A stretch of DNA of 62,838 bases, the filler included, from Perkinsus olseni (taxonomy: Eukaryota), in NCBI GenBank assembly GCA_013115125.1. It is 26 parts of 26 records of this genome, joined end to end, with 100 filler letters (N's around TTAATTAATTAA, not from the genome) between each part and the next. Parts side by side here need not be neighbours in the genome. Positions count along the whole stretch, not along the records: positions 1 to 2,395 come from JABANN010001583.1; positions 2,496 to 4,888 come from JABANN010001584.1; positions 4,989 to 7,370 come from JABANN010001585.1; positions 7,471 to 9,851 come from JABANN010001586.1; positions 9,952 to 12,330 come from JABANN010001587.1; 21 more parts are not named here. One strand, 5' to 3'. Position numbers and translations under genes: made by a program. This document shows, in pieces, positions 1 through 12,430 of this stretch. How positions within the stretch are numbered: the first letter of the stretch is position 1; each line of letters starts with the position of its first letter. Under the pieces are notes generated by a model. The model worked only from the letters and a program-made list of their open reading frames with translations. It ran no database searches and was not told the DNA's origin.

Positions 1-495
1 CAACGACCCTTGAGGCTGCATTCCTCAAGGCGTGGGATGCGATTGGTGAGCGGATAGTTATTGAAATGTACATTGTGCGATAGTGACATTGTAGCTTGCG
101 TCGTCTCCGGACACAAGAAGGAGGGCCTCCTCTCGCTTTAGGTTTTACCCATGTCGAACCCTGCGGGTTTAACGCAGAAGAATGGTTGCCTGTCACTATT
201 TGCACTTCCCGCTGGGCCTTCCACGTCTGTGCTCTGGACTCCAGAGTCTAGAGTGTGAACCCTCCCCATCGTGCTGGAGTAGTTTCGCTATTCCATGTCC
301 ATCTACTTGATGCCATCAAGTTTTACGACCTCGCAGTCTTCGCGAATCGGTGAGGCGACGGACGAGTTCGTTCAGACGATGGATTAACGCTCAAGTGGCA
401 TAGGTTCATATCACCCTCAACAAGTTTCTCCCATCGAATAACTCCGGTGGAAAACTGCTGCGATTCGTGTAAACAGGCGGCCGTACCGAGCAATG

Positions 496-672
496 TTGTA
501 CGAATGAAGCTTGTACCCCTGGATACTGTACGAGTTGTCACTGTATGACTGCATACTGTACGACTTCTCACTGTATCCGTGGGTACTACACGAACTGTCA
601 CTGTCTGACTTTATAGAGTCTGTACGATTCCTAGCGTGTACGAGTTCTCACTGTGCAAATTGTCATTCACCC
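496..672. repeat. ~15-bp-period ACTGTACGA array, probably one arm of a foldback/MITE-type element
   Basis: Repeated ACTGTACGA(G/C)TT(G/C)TC units ending in TGTGCAAATTGTCATTCACCC, resembling the right arm of the element at 27331-28190. Confidence 0.55.
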
Positions 673-1549
673 AACCAACAGTGTTCGGACTTTTCCCTGA
701 AGGTAGGTAGGAATCCTGCTCGACCGAGTTCTGCATGCACTGCTCCCACCACTTCAGCCATGATAGACCAGACGGCATCATCGCCTGGGCATGCTCATCC
801 GTCTGACCTGTTCTAGAGGCGATACTCCCCCTTGCTACACCTCTTTTCAGAATACCGTCATCTACAAAAGGGTGATACAGGTAGCCACTGGAGTCTCAAG
901 TAGACTCAGGACCTCTCAACTGTCCGATGGCGTGAGCAGTTCCCTCATCATCGTCTCATGAGCTTCGATGTAGCGAACCCATCATTTATTGAGACCGTTA
1001 GTGAGGTGATCAGTAGCTGACTCGACATTCTCAGGGATGTCGGACTCTGCTGACCGAACGACCGTCCGTCAGGCCTGGAATGTAAAGTGGACGTCAACGA
1101 ATGAAAGGGAACCGGTAATTGAAATCCTCGGTAATCCACCGGTATTCTCCTTCGACGTCGTGGTTCTCAACAGGTTTATGCTAGACACTGTTCCACATCA
1201 GTGCATACAGTGTCCCAACCGGCCCATTTCCCAGCTATGCGGCTCATCGGGTCAGCATGGAAGCGACCTATCGCTTCGGCTGCTCCTCGACTGGAGTTGT
1301 TCGACACAGTGAATCCAATGGCCGATATGATAATGATGTTCATCATTTGATCAAGTAAATGGGCGGCCATATGAAAGATGCCTCCTGGACTGTTCGGAAT
1401 GCCTAAGAATCCAAATTGTTCCCGTGAGTGTGTCATTTTACGATGAAACGCCCACACAGGATGAGACATGGTACACTTATAGACTGCTCATTTCCTCAGT
1501 CATTCTATTCGAGGGCTTCTCACGGGTAGGTCTTTTCATTGACAACTGA

Positions 1550-1733
1550 CCCGTCGACGACGGGCCGTCGTCGAGCCATAAGTTCGATGGGCTCCTAGCC
1601 ATCGTTGTCCATTGGCCGCATTCTGCCGTGCCCTATTCGACTGAGGGGCTCGGAAGCCTCGGAACTTCCGAGTCGGAAGCCTCGGAAGCTCCCATAAGAT
1701 TTCCATGCTGGTCTTGGAGTCCAAGACTTGGAC
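1550..1733. repeat. Cluster of three 22-bp X7-rc(X8)-X7 scars (1550-1571, 1658-1679, 1712-1733)
   Basis: CCCGTCG-ACGACGGG-CCGTCGT; CTCGGAA-CTTCCGAG-TCGGAAG; TCTTGGA-GTCCAAGA-CTTGGAC. Confidence 0.9.
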
Positions 1734-2495
1734 TCGCGATCTACGACAGTGCGAGTTGAGAGTTGTTTAATTACAGAGCATGGTTCCGAAGGCCAAACAG
1801 CACGAGCGGATCCACACTTTCAACAGTCGCGCATCAACAGCCGATCGAGTTAATATCCTGATGAGTAGAATGCTTCTTCGAGATCATATTTATTGAAGCT
1901 TAACTTGTTAAACTAGGTTAAAGACCGATACGGATGGTCGCGTGGCTCCGCCACCGTAGTAGCTGGTGGCGTAGGCATGACACGGTGAGGCGAGCGAGCT
2001 CCGACCGTCTTTCAGTAATAGGCTTAGCTAACAGGTCGAGCGCGATCAAGGCGACGGCAAAGAACGGTCGCTCCGAGGGGCTTGGAAAGCTCGCGTATGA
2101 CTCTTCACGAGGGCATGGCTGGTCTGCTGGACGCCATTACAAGCCCGCGCATGCCTCTTCACGAGGACAGAGCTCGTCTGCTGGATCGCACTTTGCAAGC
2201 TCACTGGACTACCTGACGTGAGCGGATTCACGCCATCTTACTCGCGCCAGCTGCGCGCACTGTAGAGCAGATGTCCGCCCCCCCCTGAGAAAATGGCTCG
2301 GGCCCATCCCGTACGTCGCATAGCATGCGAGAGGGATGAAGTTATTGATGGCAGTGCCACTGTCGCATGGGGGTGCTCGGTCAAAATGCGAGGCTNNNNN
2401 NNNNNNNNNNNNNNNNNNNNNNNNNNNNNNNNNNNNNNNTTAATTAATTAANNNNNNNNNNNNNNNNNNNNNNNNNNNNNNNNNNNNNNNNNNNN

Positions 2496-2496
2496 G

Positions 2497-2558
<62 letters not shown>

Positions 2559-2559
2559 G
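2496..2559. repeat. (GTT)n microsatellite at contig start
   Basis: Directly visible. Similar tracts end contigs at 55875-55942, 58067-58134, 60592-60664 and 62768-62838. Confidence 0.97.
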
Positions 2560-5500
2560 CTGCTGCTGTTTTTTCAGTCACGTGTCTGCTAGGGCTTTTA
2601 AGGGTAGGTTAGAGAAGCATACGCCATCAGTGCGTGTGGTGGTCGATATCTACACCGATGAGGACTCGGCCTTCACCAAGTGCAAATATGGTGTGAAGAT
2701 AATGAGTCAAAGTTTAAAAGCTAAATCGAACAAAAAATTCATTCGAAAGTTGTGCAAAAAGTGGTATAAGATAGCGCGCCACGGCCTCCCAGAACCCGCT
2801 GAGAGTGGTCCGGTCGGAGAGACACTGCGAGCAAGGGCGGCCTCGCGTAGGTCAAAGCAGGCCAAGAAAGCCGCCACAGCTGCCCTGGAGACGGAGGTTC
2901 TGGATTCAAATGGAGCCCGAGTCACCACTGTGTGATGATGTACACATGTTGTTGTTGTCTGTAATACTCTTGTTGCTCGAGTTGCAGTGACTGATTGGAC
3001 GGAGGAGGCCTCCTCAGTATCGGCCCAGCCTCACTCGAAGTGCGAGGTGGGTCCAGTAGTGTTGCAGAGCCCGCTTCGAGGGGCTTCATGCTTCTCATTC
3101 TGCGGCTGGTAGTGAAGCATGGGGACAGATGTCTTGGCAGCCAGCCTTGGTTCAACCCCCAAAGGACGCAGCGCTCCTCCTAAAGAGACCGTCACAGTGT
3201 CTTCTTCAGACTGTCCGTGTGACCTCATTTAAGCGTTTGCGCCCGAAGAGCCCCCTCAAAGGCCTGAACTTCGTGGTTGAATGAGTTGGACGATTTCTCG
3301 ACTACCGTTGCTTAGAGCCGTTATCAGGTTTGATACGGGTCTTGATCAGCGTTGGCAGCATGACCGACAGGTTCACGAGGCGACCTCGCCTTCACTCTGC
3401 TATGGGTTATTGTGGACATGTTCATAATCTTCTTAGGAGTTGAACCTCGCTCGCCCTTTTGTCCGAGCCAAAGTCCAAGTCGCTCGAGGCGATTTTCCCC
3501 CTTAACTCAAACTCCAGCCCCCTCCCGTCTTGTCACGACAGTAGCCGCTGTATCGTTCCTTGCTCACTACCATCTTGTCGATGCCTCGGTACACATCTAT
3601 GGGGGTGCGGGTATGTCGTTACTGCAGTACTAGTACGACCCCAGTGCAACCTTTTTTGAAGTCACTTCCAATGACCACCGTTGCTCATCCACCGAAGGTC
3701 CTCCTTGTGGCTGTTCTGCTAACCATGGGGTCCTCTTTTCAAGTGAGAGGGGCCCTCGTACCATCCGTTACATGCTTCATGCTGCTGCTGTTACCATCTT
3801 AGGTGAAGGAGGGGGATGATGGGAGCTGCTACGTTGACGCTGGGAAGGGCCGTAGGGCCACCTTCAAGTGGAACCCGAGTCGCTCCCAGACTTCCCTTCT
3901 CGACCGTGCCAAGCGCTCCGTTGATATCACCTACTTGAGCTGTAACGGGACAATAGGGGTTGAGTGAGCCATGCTACAGAACATCACAACTCGAGGCCTT
4001 CGATGCTGTTGCTCGCTTCAGCCCGGAACTGGCCAACAACGCTACGCTCGGCTGGGTGCCCTCGGTTGAGGCCGTGGATGACCGGGTTGACAATGGCCAG
4101 GATAGTTCCCGCTCTGCCATGTGTAAGCTAGCAGTGGAAGTGATGGCCAAGGAGAACATGAGGATCAAGAAAAGGGCTGCTAATACGAAGATCATGAAGA
4201 AGCTTTGTGGGATAGTTAAATGCTACACCGAGATGCCCGAGGCTGAGTTTAGGAATTATGAGAGAGAAGCTAGACAGAGGCACTGTGATAGGTGTTTTGA
4301 ATGCATGGGTCTGTTCTGCCAGTGTCTGGGTTCAGTCCTCCAGGCTCTCTAAGAGCATAGTATATCCGCGATCATGTTGCTGTACCCCGGTGTACTCGGT
4401 CGGGACTCTTGTTCCAGTATTAATGGCTTATGACGACCCGAAAGCCTTCTCCACGAGTTTTCTCTGGCGTGCTCTCATTGTCTTCGCGGATGTTGCAAGG
4501 TTCGCAGCAGTTGGCGCATTTCTTGTTGACGATTATGTCTTCGGACGGGGTTGTAAAGACTCACTCCCTCGCACCGGCAGCGAGGGTTCCATGCTACTCG
4601 CCTGGGGAGGCGCCAGCGGGTGGAGACGTCCGCTGCTCGCTAGTCTCCTCTGTGGAGGCAACACGACTATCATCAGCGCTTGAAATACGGAAGTCGTATC
4701 CCCTTCGCCCAGCACGACCTCTCGTGTAGATAGTTAGGGACCGGATAACTATTGAACTAAGAGCACGGACATTGTAGGATGGTTATTACGCCGAGAACCC
4801 CTGGATTACCCTGCTCGGCCGCACGGTGGTACCAAAATTCAAAGTGCCCCGAGAGAAAAAGCCATTGAAGGGCATCACTTTAAATGTCNNNNNNNNNNNN
4901 NNNNNNNNNNNNNNNNNNNNNNNNNNNNNNNNTTAATTAATTAANNNNNNNNNNNNNNNNNNNNNNNNNNNNNNNNNNNNNNNNNNNNCTATTGATTCAG
5001 TATAGTGGTGACACTAATTCCGCTATAACTCAGTTTCATAACCGAATACTTGTCTACACGTGGTTAATAATCGTTCCCACTCTATTCTCGGAGAGGGGAT
5101 GCCGGGGAACCTTCCGCGGCTTCAAGGCTTCTACTTTTCGTTTACATAAGGCAAGCTTTATTCCCTACAGCTGCTTGCGTTATTCCAGTTAAAAAGTGAT
5201 CGAAAAACTGAACACTCGAACCGATCCCGCACGGATCGTCAGAGCGCCAAAGGAGCAGACTGCAAGGATTCTTCGCGCGGGTCAACAAGCACTCTTCAAG
5301 AAAGACTACCTGCAGAGCAGGGTCAACCTTGAATGTTTTCGGGGCTTCTCGAGCTCACTACTCGAGTGGTTGGTGTCACCATCGATGGTGTCACCACTAG
5401 CCAGTGGTGCACGGCACCTGGGCAGCAGGGAATAGGTGTTTTCATTCAGATGACCTGGACTAGTCCGAACTGCCGAACCCTCGGGCTGAGTCGATCCGCG

Positions 5501-5651
5501 CGCCTATTGACGGTAAAGGCGAGTATCAGCACTACAAGGACCCATTGCAGATGGAAACCGGGGACAGGAAAGCATGTGTGCATGCGTGCTACCACCGGAA
5601 CCCTGCGCTTAGCGGCTGATCAACTGGCTTATCTCAAGCCGCTTACTAGTG

Positions 5652-6605
5652 ATGAAGGCCTGTATCTACAGACCCGACGACGGAGAGATCGTCTTCTCCA
5701 AGGAAGATATGCCGGTCCCTCAACCGTCCGACGGGCAGGTCCAGGTTAAGGTCCTCGCAGCCAGCGTCAACCCAGTCGACCTTGGTCTCCCGCACATGCC
5801 TATTGTCAAGCAAAACGCTGTAGGCCGAGCGGCAGGTTTCGACTTCGCAGGCTTAGTAACAATTGGTTCCGGTGCGTACAAGAAGGGTGATCTGGTCTAC
5901 GGCGTAGCTCGCCAAGGCTCCTTCTGTGAGTATACCGTGGCTGATGTGTCTCGTATTGCCCGCATTCCGAAGGGCATGTCACCCGTCGTCGCCGCCTCCT
6001 TGCCGGTCGCCTCTTTGGCTAGTCTACAGGGACTGAAAGAAGGTGGGGTCTTGGCTCCAGGCAAGAACGTGCTGATACTCGGTGCCAGCGGTGGTACCGG
6101 AGCGAGTGCCGTACAGATCGCCAAGGCCCGCGGTGCGAAGGTCTATGCCGTCTGCAGCGGAAGGAACGCTGATTACGTTAAGTCCCTCGGTGCCGATGTG
6201 GTCCTCGATTACACTAAGGACGGCTTCCAGCTCCCCAACGACCAGTGCCCAGCTGACAGCATAGACGCGGCCCTCGACTGCGTGAAGACTCCGAACTACG
6301 AGCCCTCTGCCCGGAAGGTCCTCAAGAAAGACGCCAACTATGTCGCCCTCGGATCAGACAGTCTCACAGACCGACTGGCCTACTTCATCGAACCCTTAGT
6401 GCCTTTCCCTGTCCAGAGGCCGAACTATCGTCAAGTCCTTGTCCAAGTGAACACGGAAGAGCTCAACGAGCTCTCCTCATTGGTGGTCGCGGGCAAACTC
6501 AAGGTTACGATCGAAGAGCTGCCCTTCACTGAGCAGGGTTGCGCCGCAGCCGTGAAATCTATCAAGGGCCGTCGGAACCGTGGCAAGGTCGTCATTATTA
6601 TTTAA
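5652..6605 (+). CDS. Medium-chain dehydrogenase/reductase, zinc-independent NAD(P)H:quinone oxidoreductase-like, intronless
   Basis: VQVKVLAASVNPVD, GFDFAG, GSFCEY, AASLP, Rossmann motif VLILGASGGTG, LGADVVLDY and C-terminal GKVVI. Confidence 0.9.
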   Translation: MKACIYRPDDGEIVFSKEDMPVPQPSDGQVQVKVLAASVNPVDLGLPHMPIVKQNAVGRAAGFDFAGLVTIGSGAYKKGDLVYGVARQGSFCEYTVADVSRIARIPKGMSPVVAASLPVASLASLQGLKEGGVLAPGKNVLILGASGGTGASAVQIAKARGAKVYAVCSGRNADYVKSLGADVVLDYTKDGFQLPNDQCPADSIDAALDCVKTPNYEPSARKVLKKDANYVALGSDSLTDRLAYFIEPLVPFPVQRPNYRQVLVQVNTEELNELSSLVVAGKLKVTIEELPFTEQGCAAAVKSIKGRRNRGKVVIII

Positions 6606-7512
6606 CGGTGCCGCTAGCTTGGAGTATCTTACCCCAGAAGGAGCGTCGCCTCCCGATCATCCGATCAACAATTGTTTGTTGTGAATCGCCTTTTCCTGCA
6701 TAGTGGCAGTGTGGTAGTGATCGCAAAATGTGCACTTCCAATTTTGTCGTTGTTTCGACCCGTGGGTTTTGCGTTCGACGGTCCTTGAGATGAGGCCTAT
6801 TTCACATGACCTCTGCTAAAGTGTCGCTACCTGACGAACTACATGAAGCCCGCGCAGTGTAGAGTGGTGCAAATACGGGACCCGCTTACGCTTAATAGTG
6901 CCGACGCTTACGCACCTGCAAGCTGCACCAGAAGATGGAGTTGATGAGCATTCTAAGGATGTCGATATTATTGGTCGTTTTCGACTCCCAACTGGTTGAG
7001 CGTGTAGAGGAGTCGCGGGTTTTCTTTTATGTGCAGCTCAGTCCGGCCGACTATCATCATTTTGCTGCTAGCCGGGGTTTGGGCCGTTTGGTGCGTACTT
7101 CGCTGCTTTGCTGGTAGAGTTCGAGCCATGATACGTTGCCTACGCCAACGAGTCGGACTATGTGCGGACCCTCTGTGGTGGACCGGTGAACCAAGTTCCT
7201 CAATCGACCTTCTGATATGACCCAGTGAACTTGATACGACTAGCGGCCTTCTGATGTGTCCCGGCGAGCTAAGTACGGCGAGTGTGCTCCACACGCTGCG
7301 TGGACCGGGCAGCCCGGTGGACTAAGCGTGGCGGGTGGAACGTTGATGCGGTCCGGTAAACTGCATATGGNNNNNNNNNNNNNNNNNNNNNNNNNNNNNN
7401 NNNNNNNNNNNNNNTTAATTAATTAANNNNNNNNNNNNNNNNNNNNNNNNNNNNNNNNNNNNNNNNNNNNTCCTCCATCATTCACTAATGCATTCCGGTT
7501 TGTCGGCTACTG

Positions 7513-8439
7513 TTGTCTACTACTCTGTCCCACCGGATCTTCTCGGGCTCCTGGTACGGCAAGCACGGGCAAGGCTGTGAGAGAGCAAGAAGTCTTGTAC
7601 GCGCAACTGCCGAAGACTGGGTGGAATACTTCCTCATTCCGCGTAACAAACTAGCCGTAACGAGCCTCGGGGAGTCGCGACGTCTCGGCCTGACAGAGCA
7701 TGGGCGAGGATTCGTGGGGAAGGCCAGAAGCCTCGAGGATATTGTTAACGAGACAATCGTTATGGCCTACGACTATGTCCCGTATACTTACTGGAATACG
7801 ACGAACTCAGGGCGTCATGGCCTAGGCAGCTCTGTCTTGAAGGCCCAGATTTTTCGCGTGAAAGAGGGCCAGACTTCGGAATACATTGCTGACGTTGTCT
7901 ACAGCGGAGGCTGCTTCGAGCGCATTGAAGCGATGCCATTCTCATATTCGAGGCAAGAGGGCGCCGCAGTAGAAGATGAGCGATACGTGAAGGATGAGTT
8001 GAGACAGATATGTAGAAAGGGCTTCGCAGCTCTCAAGCCCTCCTCCAGCCTGCCGAAACTTGACGGCGTGTACGTCGGTAGCCGCGATGAGAGAAGTCTC
8101 AAGCTGAGTTTCTACCACGGTTCCATTATTGGCGCAGACCTGGTTATTGAAACGTTTGCCAAAATCTATCCTTTCGTCACTTATCACCCGCTCTGCGACG
8201 GCATAATATCGCTAATCACCCGAGGCCGTGACCGAGAAGATCTAACGTTAGTGATTCTTAAAAAGGCAAAGGGGTACAAAGGAGTCTTTTGGGAGCACCA
8301 CCAGGAGACTGTTCTGATTAAGGGCTATCCATTGTGTGAAGTGGAAGTACACGGTAGAAGAACCATCACTCGATACGAGCACCACAAGTGGGATCAAAAT
8401 TTGCCTGATGATTTCGTCCTTGTGCCGCGCGTTGGATAG
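7513..8439 (+). CDS. Hypothetical protein, probably 5'-truncated and lineage-specific
   Basis: 308-codon open frame with protein-like composition; no motif recognised. Confidence 0.5.
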   Translation: MSTTLSHRIFSGSWYGKHGQGCERARSLVRATAEDWVEYFLIPRNKLAVTSLGESRRLGLTEHGRGFVGKARSLEDIVNETIVMAYDYVPYTYWNTTNSGRHGLGSSVLKAQIFRVKEGQTSEYIADVVYSGGCFERIEAMPFSYSRQEGAAVEDERYVKDELRQICRKGFAALKPSSSLPKLDGVYVGSRDERSLKLSFYHGSIIGADLVIETFAKIYPFVTYHPLCDGIISLITRGRDREDLTLVILKKAKGYKGVFWEHHQETVLIKGYPLCEVEVHGRRTITRYEHHKWDQNLPDDFVLVPRVG

Positions 8440-10799
8440 CCATAAAACCTCTTAAAGACCTGGAGAGTTCGGAAGCCCGCTGAGCTTTAGTCACCACGAT
8501 AGGCACCATCATCATTACGATGACATCATATACTGCTGTCTGGATGTAGATGGTACGAATCTGTCGATGCTATCGTGTGGCATGTCCTGTTGTGCACATG
8601 AGATGATGCGTAGAGTTCGACAGTTCTTGCTGGAGGGAGGCTCTGACCACCGGCACTGTCCGCGTGAGGTCTCAGCCCGAGCAATGTCGTACAGAGCACT
8701 CCATTCGGTTGCTGTCGCTGCCTTGATGCTCTCCTTCGGCCTAACATTGAATAACAGAAGCTGCCTGCCATAGATCACGATTGCGATCAACGCCATCTCC
8801 CGGTGGCATGTGCGAAATTGAACTACTTGCCGTTCAGCACTCGCTCCTAGAGAAACTCTCAGGTTTTCCGCCGCAGTCAGCGTATTCTCCATCACTTCGC
8901 CGCTCCGAAGTTTCACACAGGTTTTTGCTTCCTAATTTCCCGAAAGTGTTGTAGAATTGTAAGTAGAGCTCCCGATTGTCTCTTCCGTTCAAACGGAAAC
9001 GTTAAGCCATTTGGCTTCCAAAGCAGCGGGAAGTTGGGAGTTTTTCCTTTCAACAGTATCAATGGCTGGCTCACATGGCCATATCGACGGAGCAAAGATC
9101 TGGCTCATCGGCCAGTCGTGCTCCGTCGAGACGAGAAGTTCACATGACGGACAAGTCCTCAACACCGCCGAATGCCTGTGCCGATCGGTAGGGCAGAAGC
9201 CAGGGCATTTCCATCTCCTTGTTCGAGGGAATCACTGTTATCGACGAAGAGCTGAACAAGAGTTTGCGGAGTATCCGACAGGACAGGTTGAAACTCACTG
9301 GAGAGAACATCGATTTGAAGAAGAGAGTTGAAGTGAAGCAAGCAGACGTACAGTTTCCGCGACGTTCATGGCAGGATCTTCTTCACGAACAAGCTGACCT
9401 ACGGCGGCTATGGATCCCTGGTTCTGGGTCTTCCGAGGCTCAAGGGATATCTAGGCCTACTGCTCTCACATCGGGCTCAAACTACATGCTGGGAGAGCCT
9501 CAGTAAGCTCAGCCTGAAGCATTGTCGACTCCGAGTAGACGGGTGTAACTCTCTGAGGAGGGCATTTCACCACGGACACTCGGGTTGTCGACTTTATTCG
9601 CAGGATTGTGCGAGAGAGCAGGGCACGGCTGGAGGCGTGCTGCGCCGAACTGGACGTGTTACGAAGACTCCTCGTGGACTTCAGCAGGGGCGAATCCAAG
9701 GTCCCCGTCTCTGCCTGTCGACACTTTCCTTAAGAAGTGCCACCGGCACCACTCTTTTGTGACGGGACTTAGATGTTGAAGCCGCGAGCCCCGCTTTTGT
9801 GTGGGCTGCAGGATGTGCTCTCGAAGGACCTCTGTGCCGCAGCAGTCCGTANNNNNNNNNNNNNNNNNNNNNNNNNNNNNNNNNNNNNNNNNNNNTTAAT
9901 TAATTAANNNNNNNNNNNNNNNNNNNNNNNNNNNNNNNNNNNNNNNNNNNNCCCTTCTACCATGTGAGTCACTTTTTTATACAATAGCTATATAGGCCAC
10001 CGTCCATCGGTAATCGCCTAATCCCTTATAATATGAGTTTACTTTTCCTTCCCGTGCGTCTCAACGGGAATGTCTGTTACTGACAAAAAGCTCGCTTGTA
10101 TAGTGTATTGAAACTAAACTCTTTGATCTGGCTGAAATGATTCAATTGTTTTGTTTGGTCATGGCTTTGGATTGGCTTTGGGATTACCTTGTAGGTGAGC
10201 GTTATCCATGAGCGCCCATAGTGCTTGTGCCGCGCGCTCAAGGATTCTCATCGCATGACAATATTGAAACGGTCGCGAAAATTTACCAAGTTTTGGTTGG
10301 TACAGGTGGTAGTTGGTGGAGCCCCAGCACGTTCTGGTGGCAGCGACGTGATCCCCGTGGTATTATCGTCGTGGACAGCAGGAATATTCATCTCATAACT
10401 CACAAAACTGTTTCTCTAGCTCGTACGGAAGGAAGCAGCTCGAGTGGATTGTTGTGTTTTGAGGCTGTCGATGTGAGCATCTCTTACACGGAGTGCTCCC
10501 TCACTATTAGATTCCTTGTTTTCCTCGTAAATCATCAGTGGCTGACAAGGCTGTGCGATCGGCTAACCTTACTTCTCAATCGGCGTCTTTCATCAGCCTC
10601 ATTTCTTCCGACTTGTTGTTTCCTCAGTAGCTTCATGAGCTGTGGGATATCTAGTGAAGCTGTGCTAGCTGTATGGGCTTAAGCTAGAGAGGGGCGTCTC
10701 CGGTGTCCTCAGTAGTAAGCACAGTCTCGGTGTGATAACCTTCACAGTTCATGCAAATCCGTTGTGCCCTGCAGTTTCTATTTTTATAAAACCCCTAAT

Positions 10800-12330
10800 A
10801 TGGATTCCGCAACCACAAACGTTGTTTCTTCATTACTTGAGGCTGCCTATGAAGGCGATATCAATCGCATGAAGGATCTATTGGCCAGTAACTCCGGTCT
10901 ATCTGTTAATGTTCAAGACTATGATAAGAGGACTCCTCTTCACTTGGCTGCTGCTGGTGGTCATATGGATGCCGTCCAATACTTGTTGGGTGAGGGAGCT
11001 CAGTTGAAGCCTGATCGCTTCGGTATGCTCCCTATTCATGATGCTGTTGTGAACCATCATAACGACATCAAGGAAGTCCTCAGTCAGCTCGACCTCAAGT
11101 GCGATGATGGTATGTGTTATCTCTCTCCTGAGAAGGAGAATGCTTTGAAGGAGCAGGTGAAAAACACCAATATCTCCCTGACTCCTGAGGACTTGGAGAC
11201 TAAGATGACTCAGGTCTTCTCTATCATCATGAAGGAAGGCGTTCTCGCTGCTGGCTCCCTGTGGCAGGAGATCGTCTACTACTTTACTGAGCTCGGCCTC
11301 CATCCCAGCTACTTCAAGCACTTCACCAGTGTTCAGATCGCTAGGCATATTCATTGCCTCATTGCTGCTAAGAAGGTTTCTCAGGCTACTAGGTCTGACT
11401 ACATCCACTTCGAGATCGAGGACGTGGATTCGGCCTTCTATCTTACCACTATGGAGCCCGAGAAGATCGCCATCACTGATGCCAAGGTTGCCGAGTATGT
11501 CAACGGTGCTCAGGACTGCGGTTTTTCTATTACCTTCCTCAAGTCCGAGAAGCCTCCCATGCCTGATGGGAAGTTCCCCCTTGGCGTCGTTGTTGTCGAG
11601 AAGCAACAATTCGAGTCTGGTGTTAAGTTCGAGGACATGATGGACGAGACCGACCTTCAGGTCGTGGCCACCCCTCGATTCCTCAAGGAGAGATCTACTG
11701 AAGTACAGAAGCTTTATCAGACTCTTATCGATCAGACCATGGCTGCTCGCAACACTGTTGTTAAAGTGTTCGACGCTCCTGCTGATTTGGTCCAGAAGTC
11801 CGGCGCCCAAGTGTTGCAGTTTGCTGCCTATGATGTAGATCGTAAGGGTAAAGCTTACATCTCTGAGATCAACGAGTGCTTCCGTTCTCATAACGTCGAG
11901 CCCAAGAGATTCTACGTGGACTCCTTCGCCAACGGTATTGTCACCTACACCTGCTTCTTCGATCCTACTTTCCAGGGTGAGGGCTTGGAAAAGCTCGCTC
12001 AAACTCTCCGTTATGTGAGCCATTTCAAGCATAACCCGAAGAAGTCCGCTCTGGTTTGGGATCTTGTACTCGAGAATAAGATCACACCCGAGCATGCTAT
12101 CTTCCTCATTACTGCGGCCAAATTCATCTTCTCATTCTTCCCTAAGGAGACTGAGGAGTATCTTACTTTGGCCGAGTATTTCAAGAATGATCCGTCCAAG
12201 AAGAGCGAGTTGGATACGTTGTTCAGAGATACCATGGCTAATGCTATCACTTATGAAAGGATCTACGATGCTCTTACTTCCAACTATCAACTCACTCTCC
12301 CTATGTTCGACGACTTCAAGAAGGTTGCCA
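10800..12330 (+). CDS. GDH2: Large NAD-specific glutamate dehydrogenase (GDH2 type), N-terminal part with ankyrin repeats; 3'-truncated by contig end
   Basis: Ankyrin motifs LLEAAYEGD / DYDKRTPLHLAAAGGH / DRFGMLPIHDA, then GDH2 N-region motifs EIVYYFTELGLHPSYF..IARHIHCLIAAK and RFYVDSFANGIVTY. Strong codon bias. The catalytic domain is not in the contig. Confidence 0.75.
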
Positions 12331-12430
12331 NNNNNNNNNNNNNNNNNNNNNNNNNNNNNNNNNNNNNNNNNNNNTTAATTAATTAANNNNNNNNNNNNNN
12401 NNNNNNNNNNNNNNNNNNNNNNNNNNNNNN

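Noticed and set aside
10899-12095. 398-aa antisense ORF over the GDH gene
   Set aside because: Shadow ORF caused by strong codon bias on the sense strand; no motifs of its own.
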